Positions 1-11,188 of a stretch of DNA of 64,000 nucleotides are shown here, one piece after another (the stretch's first letter is position 1; every line of letters begins with the position of its first letter). The translations under genes and the position numbers were made by a program. Location of the stretch: positions 2,081,830-2,145,829 of the forward strand of contig CM082593.2 of the NCBI GenBank assembly GCA_040954595.2, in the 5' to 3' direction. The notes below the pieces were generated by a model. That model was not told where the DNA came from. It did no database searches and saw nothing but the letters and a program-made list of their open reading frames with translations. Origin of the DNA: Balanoglossus misakiensis (taxonomy: Eukaryota; Animalia; Hemichordata).

Positions 1-110
1 TTTCGCCATCCTTGATTTTGTTGCAGACTATGGCTCAGTATGCGCACGCGCGGAGACGTGGCCCTAACCCACAATGCTTCACGGCTTCCAATCATTCTGA
101 GGGCGCACCT
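1..110. promoter_or_regulatory. Probable bidirectional housekeeping promoter: Staf/ZNF143-like site, NRF1-like site, and a possible ATG of a divergent gene running off the window
   Basis: TAACCCACAATGCTTCACG (65-83) resembles the Staf/ZNF143 binding consensus; TGCGCACGCGC (41-51) is NRF1-like; the minus strand reads CAAGG-ATG-GCG-AAA with ATG at 9-7; CpG-rich relative to flanks; upstream of the elongase. Confidence 0.45.
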
Positions 111-764
111 GCACAAGATAAGTAGATATATGTCTGAAACTGATCCCTAGTAACGCTTATTAATATATTACTAGTGAGTGCCAGTGCAACCGCAGCAGAC
201 GACATATATTACATACACAGTTGCTTGTCATGTCAAGAACAAGGCGATTTATGTGCTAAGGGGAGCCGATCCTGAATCAGCATTTGCCCAACCGACTGTG
301 GTTACTTAGGACGCTAAGGTATACTCAGCTGTCCTCCTGTGCCCTGATTGGCTGTTGCCATGGTTATCACTCTAGTGCTGCTTTCATAGATCATTTCATG
401 TCTGTATATAGAGAGCCATCTATACATTGTGGTTGAACCTTCACTAATGACATCTGCATAATTGTATCAATGTTACATAACACAAGAGGCCTCAATGCAA
501 AGGTTTTCAATGTGTGGCATCAATTGCTGTAAAATTATATGGTGGTCTTGATGAATTGTAACAGAATCGTCACTACTGAGTTCCACCTCGAGACAGGTGT
601 GTAGACAATTTGATACCACAACTGGCAGAGATAAATGTGTATAAGTGGTTGTACATTATCTGTCATTGGGAACATACTGGATAACACATATACTGCCAAC
701 AATGGATGACCTTCTCAATTTCTGTTGCATTGCAGATTTTCAAGACATTCCAAGCCCAGTCACA

Positions 765-1767
765 ATGGTGCGTTTCACAGCCTATCAAGTGGCATCCACT
801 TTTCTAAGCCTCCGATCAGTGCCAGTGATGATGTTATACCTCCTTATGATCTGGATGAGTAGATTCTACCAGAGATATACCTCACCACTTTCTCTCAGAC
901 CTGTGAGTTTTCATGTAAATTTATATTTGCTGTATTTTGCTGTATTATGTTTGTATACACTGCATTTATTTACTGTATATATCTGTATTTTGATGTGCAT
1001 GTGCATTGCTTATAAAAATGCATCTGCGTATTTTTCCCAATAGTATGCCATGTCACAGGCAATAAGGGAGGGTTCATAATAATTGTGGTGAGGGGATGGT
1101 ATGGACAATTCTGCAGTGACTATTTCACTTACTCTTTTTCCCTCCAACACAGGCATTGGTGGTACACAACCTGGTTTGTAGCCTCGTAAGCCTGTACACT
1201 CTATGTGGCATGATCTATGGTATGTATGAATCCAATTCAGTGTTTGCCAAGGAAACAACACCAACGCTGCAGCACTTCTTCTACGTGTACTGCTGCACGA
1301 AAAACCTGGAACTGTTGGACACTGTCTTCATGGTTCTCCGTCACCGCAGTCGGCAGATCTCCTTCCTCCATGTCTACCATCACGCAAGCATGCTTCTCCT
1401 GAGTGACTTCAGCTACAACTATTGCCCCTGGCCGGCCATTGCCTTTGGTCTCAGCATCAACTCCCTCGTCCATGTCTGCCTGTATCTGTACTACGCGCAG
1501 ACAGCGTACGACTCCTCGCGTGCCCCTGCCTGGAAGAAGAACATGACACAGATGCAGATCTTGCAGTTTCTAGTCGGCCTGGTTCATAACACAATTGGCT
1601 ATCTCCACCATGGATTCTGTATCTATGGATTCTTCTATGCTTTCAGTATGCTCTACCTGTTTTCAAACTTCTACTACCATGCCTTCATAAAACTATCCAG
1701 CAAAAGAATTGACCAAGTCAAGACGAACGGCAGCTCAACTCCGAATAAAGATGTCAAACTTGATTGA
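765..1767 (+). CDS. ELO/GNS1-SUR4 family very-long-chain fatty acid elongase (ELOVL-like), 2 coding exons 765-902 and 1153-1767, ~250 aa
   Basis: KNLELLDT (KxxExxDT), QISFLHVYHH (HxxHH), NSLVHVCLYLYY, TQMQILQF and LFSNFY motifs; phase-0 GT-AG intron 903-1152 joins ...LRP|ALVVHN; acceptor at 734-735 indicates an upstream exon, so the start codon is not certain; AATAAA at 2297. Confidence 0.92.
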
Positions 1768-2810
1768 GAAGTCAAGTAGTGTGCATCTCAATAATTAAAT
1801 TTATGTGACTTATGAATGCTATAGCATAATAAGCAGTAGTATTCAAAATATACAAGGGCAATCAGAGATAATAATTTGATAATCAAGAAAGTTGCATTTA
1901 TAATGAAGATTATTTTTATGTATATAATACACTAAGGAATTTGACCCACCGATATGGTAGCAGTGGGAAGATTTCCACTGACAGATTTAGCTATGTGGCC
2001 CTATGAGGGCGCTTTTCTGGCAAAATGGCACATGTACCAGGGTATATATAAACTATGTTGCAGCTATTATATCTAGACATAGCAGGCTGATGTCGGGTGT
2101 TTTGTCAAGCCTTCTAATCGTTTGGAATTACAGGTGCATAATTGTATGCAATACCTCATCAAATATGATTATTAGTACATGTATATTATATATAATATAG
2201 TCATTCAACTTTCTTTATCTGTTCCTTCGACAATCTTTCATAACTTTTATTTTTAACGTTATTTTTAACATTTATTTGTAAGTTTGAGCTTATGTAAATA
2301 AAAAAATTTAACCTAATTGAAGTTTTTAATGCGAGTTCTTACATTACACCAGTATATATCGTATATGTTCAAACTAAGCTTTCACAAATTAAAGTTTGCG
2401 GCAAATAGGTGAACTTGATCATCTTTGCATAGCCCTGACTTCCTTCTGGAAAAAGACGTTGATAAAAACATAAATATACAACTTTGACGCGAAACATATG
2501 ATGGATTGGTATGACACTTGACATATTTATCAACATCGACTTATCTTTGATCTTGATGTCCTCTCCAATGTGAAATTAATGAAGTTCAGGTTCAAGGGGA
2601 GTGGTAACGTCATCAAGCAGTAGGGGCAGGTCACGCCGCTGAAGTCGAGTACCACTACTTACGCGCTCGACCTCAAGGACGCAAGGGTTCAAGGTCATGG
2701 GTCACCTTTCCCCAAAAGAACGGAGATAGCAGTGACAGACATACACAACAGGAAATCCATAGATTATAGCCATACATGTAGGATAGGGACTAGGGCAAGG
2801 CCAGTGGTTT

Positions 2811-2822
2811 ATCATCATCATA

Positions 2823-2892
<70 letters not shown>
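2811..2892. repeat. (TCA)n / (GAT)n trinucleotide microsatellite
   Basis: Direct reading; it explains the spurious poly-S and poly-D ORFs. Confidence 0.97.
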
Positions 2893-2895
<3 letters not shown>

Positions 2896-5800
2896 CTTCT
2901 TTTGCTTTAAACACGGTAGGCCTAACACTTTCAAATTCCTGATAACAGTTTTTATTATACACATTGGAGCGCGCATCGAATGATGGATGCCTGAATCTGA
3001 AAATTCAGCATCGTTTAGTGAATGTGAAGAAACGTAAGGGAGATGTACACAGTACTTCAATCTTCATCTGCAGCTGGGACTAATACCCAACATGTCAATG
3101 TTGGTCAGAGAGAGAAAATAAAAACATTTAGTTATTATACGTCAATTGCCAGTGATGGTCTCGCGAGAGTTGTCTTTCCTGGGGATTTGGTAACATCTGG
3201 AGTCGGATTAGAGGTCCAACGAATCACTGCTATAGTAAAAGAAAATAGTAGGAAGGGAACTAATCCTATTCGTTTGGATATGGTCACAGTTGTGTGACGT
3301 TATGTATGGGGAAACTGTTGGGTGTCACTTTGCGGACGTGGCAGACAGGAGCGTTGACACATACAGTACGTTCACCAAGACTGAGACCGGCCGGGAGTGA
3401 CACAAACTAAGCAGGTATGAAAGTATGTTTGATTGAAATCTTTGTTGAATTCACAACCCTCTCACAACCAGGTGAATTCTAGCAACTGTATCTGTCGAGA
3501 TCCTCGTCTGCCGTACACGACCAGATTTTTTATCGGCAGATACGTTGGTTACTGATACCTGAAAGTATGCACCAATACCAGCCGCGACTCTCTCAGCCTA
3601 CCGCTTGACAGATAGATGGATACACAGGATGATGCAGGGCTGTAGAATAGAGGATAACCGATATGTCGCTTTCGAATAAAGTATTCGAATTCTGTATCCG
3701 ACAAAACACCAAATGATGTTTTTTTCAGGATAAGATACGAAATAACACCGTATAACACTTATCATGCAGTGAAACAATATATTGAATTCAGAATTTTAGA
3801 TTATGAAGAATATTATGATGGTATATGGTCAAATTTACATAAACATTGAATACGTTAAACCGACTATCTGGAAACTGACTTTATTATAATATTATCCATG
3901 CCAGATGATTTGGCAGAGGATTTGATGTTATTGGAGTTGTGGTTCCAAGAAATGAGGCGTATCTGTTGGTGACAGCCAGACTAACGAACTTGTTAGCATG
4001 AAAGTGTCACGTATTCAAGATTTATTTTAAGCCGGTGTCGGATATCGTAATGTTCAAACTAGGTGCAGGGAAATTAATTAATTTTGGTATTTTTAGTTTT
4101 AATGGAAAAGTAGGGGCTGCGCATCCATATTCATACAAATAAATGATAAACGACGTGTATAAAGCGTAGAGCGAAGCCGCTGTCGCGCTGTCTTTGTCAT
4201 CGTATAATAGTCATGTTTGAACCTTCCATTTACTTTGCCTGCACAAAATAGGATGCATATGGATTTGCTGGTATTTATCCAATCAAAATCGCTAATTGTT
4301 TTAAAACAGGAAAATCTCCTATTAATGCGTATTTGGTTAGCGAATATAAACATAATTTTGCTTTCAAATAAACATAAATCGTTTTGTGAGAATTAATCCC
4401 CGTTAACGTTGTTTTTTGTCAATATCAACACTTTTTGAGAAACTAGTCAATCTCAACAGGTACGGGTTTTTACAAATTCCTAGAAGAATCCACCGATTTC
4501 TTGGTAAAATAATCCAAACTATATCCAGTGTAACACTGTATTATTTGCTGTTAACGTACATGACAGGCCGGAGAGTATGTTCTACACTTAAAGCATGAAG
4601 CTGATGATGAAAACACAATTTAGGGAATGTTGATGTTCATGGCGCTACCAGAAGTGCAGTTGACACACAAACATCACATGTTGACTATCCTGCAAGTTCA
4701 CCCTTTGTGGTAAACAACTTTTTTGAGCACCCATAAGGTGGTAAACATGTTATTAAATCTGGCGAACGAACAACACGTGATAAGGGACCTATGAGTGGTT
4801 GAACTAGGACAATGGACCATAAATTAACCCCAAGACCTGTATATGAAGATAACAATCACGTCAGGAAGGGAGCAAAGATCACGCTAACTAAACTAACTCG
4901 AGTGGTCGCGCTGACTATTTTAAAGGTATATTGCTGTGATCAGAACGAATGCGAGTTAATGCATACTTGAATTCGCGTTCACTTTTTTCTTCGGGTGTTG
5001 GGAACTCCGATGAAAGAATAACGTTAGCATAATTCTCATGATCGATCGTGCATAAAATCGCGCACTGTAATTGTTAGACAGGAACCTGTCATCCCTGTAT
5101 ATGTAATAGCAGAAGCATGATTGTCAGTGGAGTCACCTCTAACCAGTTCACAACAAGGACAGCAGATCAAAGATACTTTTCTTGGTAGTATTGAGGACGT
5201 GCAGTGTAAACGCTGATCGCTTCTATAGTGTGATGCGGCGAGATCCGTTGTTCAGCCATCTATATCAGTCGATCATTTTCGACACATCATAGCGAAGAGT
5301 TTCCACCGATGAGCAGCCACGATACGTTCGGTAAGAACATTACACCATCGTGTAAATATTTGCTGTTGGGGATGTCATACTTCTAAAGAGGTTTTTCGTC
5401 AGTATAGCGAATAATTCGTATATTTTTTAATTTTCTGAGGGGAGATTACTTGACAGAAGCAATGCACTGTGCAAAATGAAACTTTTTTTTTACTTGTGGG
5501 GTATGGGGTATATCATACACGCGCATGCGGAGATCTGAATTTGGCCTCGTGGCTGTATGAGCACGCACTCGACATGCACATGCCCCATAATGTGCACATA
5601 GGTCCGGGAATTGCGCACAGCACAAGGCATTACATACTTTTTTAACACGTGAATGTGTGCGTTTGTCAAACATGCACTGTGCAACAACTTTGTGAAGTTC
5701 ACTGACTTTTAAAGGTGAAGTACGCTGACTTACGAAAAATGATTAGATAAACCACAAAAATTGGTTTAATCGGTCATCCCCAAAAGTCGTCAAACTACAA

Positions 5801-6839
5801 GGGGGTCGTAACTTAGGAAATGGTATATGTAGTACATTGCATCACTACCTCCTCGCATCTTTGCAAATACAGGCGCACAATGAAACTGGTGATTTTTTTA
5901 GATTCAACTGGTATACCACGATATTCACGTTTTCAAGTTCAAGTGCGGCTATTTTTGTTTCACACTTGTCTGAGATTTTATCAAGTGAATATTACGTACT
6001 GTCTAGGCCAATAAGGAACGTCAAATCAGTATTAAAGTCTTCTTTGGATTTGTGAGTAGGCCCTATCTGTCGGTCGCTGACCGAATTTTAGTTCCGAACT
6101 GACATGTATGATGAAGTAGCCAACAAATACTCCATAATAATACTTGTTTGTGATTTTGGTCTTATAAATCACCGGTTGTTCGACCGTACGATTACAGCGT
6201 TGTACAATGTTTATATGCAGAGCGGCTGTTTTGCATAGAATGGACGAAAGACCCGACAAGGTCATGTCATCCGGGCATGTCACACATAAGGTCACAATGA
6301 TCGGCCCAGTTAATATTTACATACAACAACTCGTTTCTGCTTCGATTCTTCACCAGTACGTCAATAAGAGTGCTGCAAAAGATTTCGTCCACATTCCCGA
6401 ATACAGAAGGGACCAAAAACTTGAAACTAAACCGCGGGTGGTGCAACCACATGTCTCTGATACCCGGCTAAAGTTTCCCCGACAATGTGAATGATAACGG
6501 TAGCATCATATCCTAGTATAGCTACTTTGTTTTCCGATATTTATGCAGATTCTTAAAAGTACAGACAAGATACCTTACCTTGTCTGCACCCGAGTTAGCT
6601 TGGGGGGGGGGGGCACAATTTACCAAGCCTCCTATCCTAGGACCCGACCCCAGCCCATCCCCTACCTAAGGATCACCTCAGTTATAGTACCCGCATGCAA
6701 CGCAACCATGGCAACTGGGCCTACGTTCCGGCCCTATTGCGTAACATGGCACGAATGACGTAAAATCACGTAACATGCAAATATTCAAGGAAATAGGTCA
6801 ATATTCGTCGTTGAGGGACACAATTGAGTCGAGTCAGTC

Positions 6840-8307
6840 ATGGCGGCGGAACTGCCGCGAGAAGGTGTGACGATGACGTCCGCACCCGAAAACCAGGGGT
6901 AAGATACTGATAATTTCTTTCGTCTCAGCCAAGGCGTGTATTGAAACCCATTATCTGGCCATGAGACGGCGATAAAGCTGGCGGTGTTTCGGAAACGAAG
7001 GTGTTCATGAATGAACGCCCCCAACGACATATTTAGATATCGAATGGGGCTTTGCTTTGTGGAGGGGTGAACAACGTTGTTGTGGCTGATGATATTTGAA
7101 CAATCATGTTCACCGCCGTTGCTAGGCGTTTCTGTCATCATTTCGCTTGGTCTGTTGCCCTTGCTTCATCTGGCAACTGCATTGTATGTTGATGACCCGA
7201 ACAGTAACCTTTGACCCGCGGTCACCAAAGCAAGGTTGTAAGACTAAGAGCCCTAACAATGGAGGTTCCAATAGATGGTCTACCTTTGTGCTCTAACCGA
7301 AACTGTAAGTTGCAATGTAGCTAGATACATGCCCTTTGTCGGTATACCAGAGACATTTCAGATGCATTGTACATATATTTCCTGTAGCGCCCAATGTTTC
7401 CATGGTTACTCATCCTGGTGTCTGCAGAAACCCATTCACTGACCATGTGTTTGCTTTCCATTGATTTTCAGTGCGGACGCAGAACTTGAAGACAGCGTAC
7501 ACCTCCAAGACCTGGAGGAGACCGACGAAAAAGTGGCAGGGATCGGCTCAGATTCGGAACAGGAATCAAGAATTCCATCAACGGAAACATCGGAAACAGA
7601 ATACCAAATCCGGGAAATTGAAATGGCATCATTCAAACATCATGAGGACGGTCAGGTGTTGACTAACAATATAGAAAAGGACATAACAGGTTCTATAAGG
7701 AGAGCGTCCAATACTGTACGGAACTTGCTGATATGTGTAGCCTTCATCGCGTTTGAGGTGGCCAAACAAGTGATTACGTATGGGGTCAAAGAGTACAATG
7801 CAGGACAATACCCTCTTTCCTTGTCCACCATTGTGGTTTTGATAGAGATGGTGAAACTGTCCACGTGTTTTGTCATTTTTGGCTACCAAGGAGGGTTAAA
7901 AACAATCAAGCTGTCCTGGAGGTTTTGCATACCGTCTCTGTTCTACGGCATCAACAACAACCTCTTTCTGTATGCACTCCATTTCACCCCTCCGCCGATA
8001 TGGAACGTTCTGATCCAGTCCAGAGTCATCATGACCGCACTGGTGTACCGTTTTGTCTTCAAGAGGGAAGTGCCGAAGATGAGATGGTTGGCGCTGTTCC
8101 TGCTGATGATTGGAATAAGCCTCTCCCAGTTGTCTGGGTCTTCGCATGTTGGATCTGAAACGTCGTTTTATGTGCTCATCAAAGCTGTCTTGCTCAGCTT
8201 GGTCAGTGCTGGGTTGTCAACAACTGCTTCAATTTATACAGAGGTATGCAAGTCTTGCACTTATTAACCTTTTGCACCCTGATGGTGATGGTGGAAGTAT
8301 TGTGTGG

Positions 8308-8395
<88 letters not shown>

Positions 8396-8931
8396 AATTA
8401 ACACTCCATATTACTGACCATGCACTTTTTTCTTTCTTGTTTCAGTATCTGTTCAAAAATGACAGAAGACCATTCATGGAGCAGCAGATCCAACTTTATT
8501 TCTTTGGCGTTCTCATGACGAGTGTATGGGCTCTCTACGTCACCCGAGGTCAGCCCCTTGTAGTCCAAGGAAACTTGACCATGACAATCTTATGGTTGTT
8601 AATCCTTACAATCCTTCTTGGGGGTGCGGGCGGCCTCCTTGTTGCTGCTATAATCAAGAACATTGATAATATAGCTAAGATTTATTCGGCAACTTTTGCT
8701 ATATTCCTGACAGCCATAATGTGCTCTGTGCTCTTTCCGGAGAACTTTCAGTTGAACTTGACCTTCGTTTGTGCTGTTGCTACAATTCTGGCGTCGTCTG
8801 TTATGTACGAGAGATTTAAACCGAAACCAGCCGACAGTGCGGCCAGCGGAGAAACTTCCAGTACTATTGTGGCTATTCCAAAAGAGTTGAACGGAAATGT
8901 TGCAACGTTGAAACCCGAACCAAAGGGCTAG
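6840..8931 (+). CDS. SLC35A-type Golgi nucleotide-sugar transporter; exons 6840-6898, 7472-8243, 8446-8931, ~438 aa
   Basis: Multi-TM protein with VVLIEMVK, IPSLFYGINNNL, QSRVIMTAL, IYTE|YLFK and GGLLVAAIIKNIDNIAKIYS motifs typical of SLC35A; exon 1 ATG GCG GCG...CAG GG|gtaaga (phase 2) joins ttttcag|T GCG; GAG|gtatgc...ttcag|TAT is phase 0. Confidence 0.9.
8308..8394. repeat. (GAT)n microsatellite in SLC35A intron 2
   Basis: Direct reading, about 29 perfect units. Confidence 0.97.
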
Positions 8932-9859
8932 AAATTCACACAATAGTTTTCAAGTCATGGGGTCGCTGTCTTTTGAAATTATTTTGTTTTCTTGTGGCTT
9001 GTGAATTGTCAGCTTATGCAGGAACCAGAATAATGTCCAAAGATAGAAACTTTGTGTTCTTTTTAATGCACAATCAAATCAAATCAAATCAAAATCTTCT
9101 AATATGTTGAAATTAATGCAACAGGTACTATTTTAATCTTTCTTCCAGAAATTTAAACATATCAAATGATCATAAATTATTTGCATATTTTATGAATTTT
9201 AAAGTGTCTTATGTATTATGTGCTATTTTAAAGAATTGTGCTGAAATGTCTGTGGTCAGAGTAACTATAAACCACTTTACATCTGCCAGAATGTCTTTCG
9301 TTACGAATTAATTGTGGTGCATCTCGCTGGGCAATGTAGCACTTTGCCAATATTGAAAGAACCATCGCTTGAGGGCACTCTCCAAATGAGTCCCATAGGC
9401 TGCGCCTATCAAGGTGATCATGAACTTGACCATACACTGATGGTTTCGAGAATTATTTGCCATGTGCCGAAAGCCTATAAATTGTTATTATTCTTAACGC
9501 TGGAATGTTGAGATGCTAATCTACTTCAGATGTATATGTGTCATGAGGATGGAGTGGGTAGAATTCTTTCATAATTCAGTTTCTTTTTTCTCACTTGGAT
9601 CAATGGTCGTATTTCAGGAGTTGTTTGGTATAACCACAGAAGTCTTCCAGAAGTTGTGCAAAAAGTTATTTTATTGAGTACTGTATATTTCCTTTCAAAG
9701 ATTTTATGAGTGTGGGTGTTCATTATAAACGTTGCAATATAAGCGCACTATACTGATGGAAATAAAGTTTCTTTAAAAAAGCTTCTGTGCTTAGTCAGTG
9801 TTATTAAATTTGCCCAGATCGTGTACCAGTTTGGGGGCTGGAAACTTGGAAATCTTTCT

Positions 9860-10849
9860 TCAGTCCCGTCCAGGAAGATCAGACTTTTTAGGAGTCACCA
9901 TTTTTCCAGAAATATCACCATAGTAAATATATCGACATATTTCCCCAAATGATGTGTTCAACTTCTTGATATTTTCCGGGTTGAAATTTACATCTGGGTA
10001 ATGTGACTTGAACGCTTTAATCCATATATGGAAAGTATAGTGGCCTTGTTGCCAAGGAAACGTGTCAAAGAATAACTTCTTCCAGTTCAATGAATTAGGT
10101 TGGACTAAGCTGTGGTTTTCTATATGAACATATTCTTTGTACTGTTTCGCAAGACTGTGTTGATTGAAAACTGAATTGCAAGAGTAACAGTAAGGGTTGT
10201 AATTCCTGTAACTTTCATAAAATATTCGTAGAAATTCTGAGCTCGGCGAGGCGAAAATGATACCATTGTTCAACACGTAGGCACTCGGACGTCCCACGAC
10301 ATAATCATATCTTCGAAGAGGTTCCAAAGGGGCTACAACGAAAATGTCAGTGTCGAAGTATACGCCGCCCATTGTAGACAAAATTTCCAACCTAGCAACG
10401 TCTGACCAGTGTTCGGGATAGTTCACATTAAGCTTTTTCCCGAACACCACTCTCGGCGGATCGCGGTGAACGACTTGCAAACGTTGGATGTACCTCACTT
10501 CATCCCACCATCGACCAGAAGGTTCACAGTCTGTATGGAAGAGGATCCGCTCGGGTTTCATGATCCTGTCGACGCTCAACAAGCTCAGGGCGTTGATGAA
10601 ATCGAAGTCGTGACAAGAAAACCAGATAAAGTGCGCAATATTTGGCACCACGAAATCATCGTGTGGTTGTAATGAACCGTTTTGCCATGCGTCCTGTCTC
10701 CCTGGCAACAGGATACCGAATCTTGTCTCGGACATCGCACGTCGGAGATAAAGAAGCGACCCAAAGAGATTCAGCACGTACAGGGCGACACCAAGGGACA
10801 CAATAAACACAACAATTATTGTTTTTCTCCGCGACCACGTCCCCAACAT
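9860..10849 (-). CDS. GT32-family (DxD) alpha-1,4-glycosyltransferase-like protein (A4GNT/A4GALT-like), single coding exon, ~329 aa type II membrane protein
   Basis: Short basic N-tail MLGTWSRRKT followed by a TM helix; VPNIAHFIW; HWSDVARLEILSTMGGVYFDTD (SDxxR...GGxYxDxD); LNNGIIFA; acceptor-like ttttagcctacag at 10955-10967 suggests an upstream exon, so the first in-exon ATG (10849) was used. Confidence 0.88.
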   Translation of the reverse strand: MLGTWSRRKTIIVVFIVSLGVALYVLNLFGSLLYLRRAMSETRFGILLPGRQDAWQNGSLQPHDDFVVPNIAHFIWFSCHDFDFINALSLLSVDRIMKPERILFHTDCEPSGRWWDEVRYIQRLQVVHRDPPRVVFGKKLNVNYPEHWSDVARLEILSTMGGVYFDTDIFVVAPLEPLRRYDYVVGRPSAYVLNNGIIFASPSSEFLRIFYESYRNYNPYCYSCNSVFNQHSLAKQYKEYVHIENHSLVQPNSLNWKKLFFDTFPWQQGHYTFHIWIKAFKSHYPDVNFNPENIKKLNTSFGEICRYIYYGDISGKMVTPKKSDLPGRD

Positions 10850-11188
10850 TTTGTCGCATGTTTTCGTCCCTGGCCTCCAAGAGATTGATTCCAACTTTTC
10901 AGCACTTCCACTCTTGATCTCCTTTTCCCAAGCACGGAACTGCGTGACGCACACCTGTAGGCTAAAATACAATGGCCGCACACCATGGACAGTCTGATGG
11001 ATGACCTTTGTATTACAAACAGAATATATGTTTACTAGTTAATCATTAATCAAGTATTAGGAGAATTGAAATAACCACAGACTATGGTAAAGCACAGGAG
11101 AGCTTATATTAGACCATGGAGGTACTAGAGAACTTTGTTAACTGTAATCTAGTATTTTCTTTTGCGTACGTTGAGGGCGGGATTCAAC

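Noticed and set aside
2732-3060. Poly-Ser and poly-Asp ORFs
   Set aside because: Caused by the (TCA)n microsatellite.
3300-6494. Small spliced gene between the elongase and SLC35A (donors near 3414 and 5330, ORF 6207-6494)
   Set aside because: No recognisable protein and no consistent long frame; cannot be supported without RNA data.
7259-7304. Alternative first coding exon of SLC35A (ATG GAG GTT...T|gtaagt)
   Set aside because: Neither ATG (7259, 7275) is in phase with the 7472 acceptor; the exon at 6840-6898 fits. It could at most be a non-coding or poison exon.
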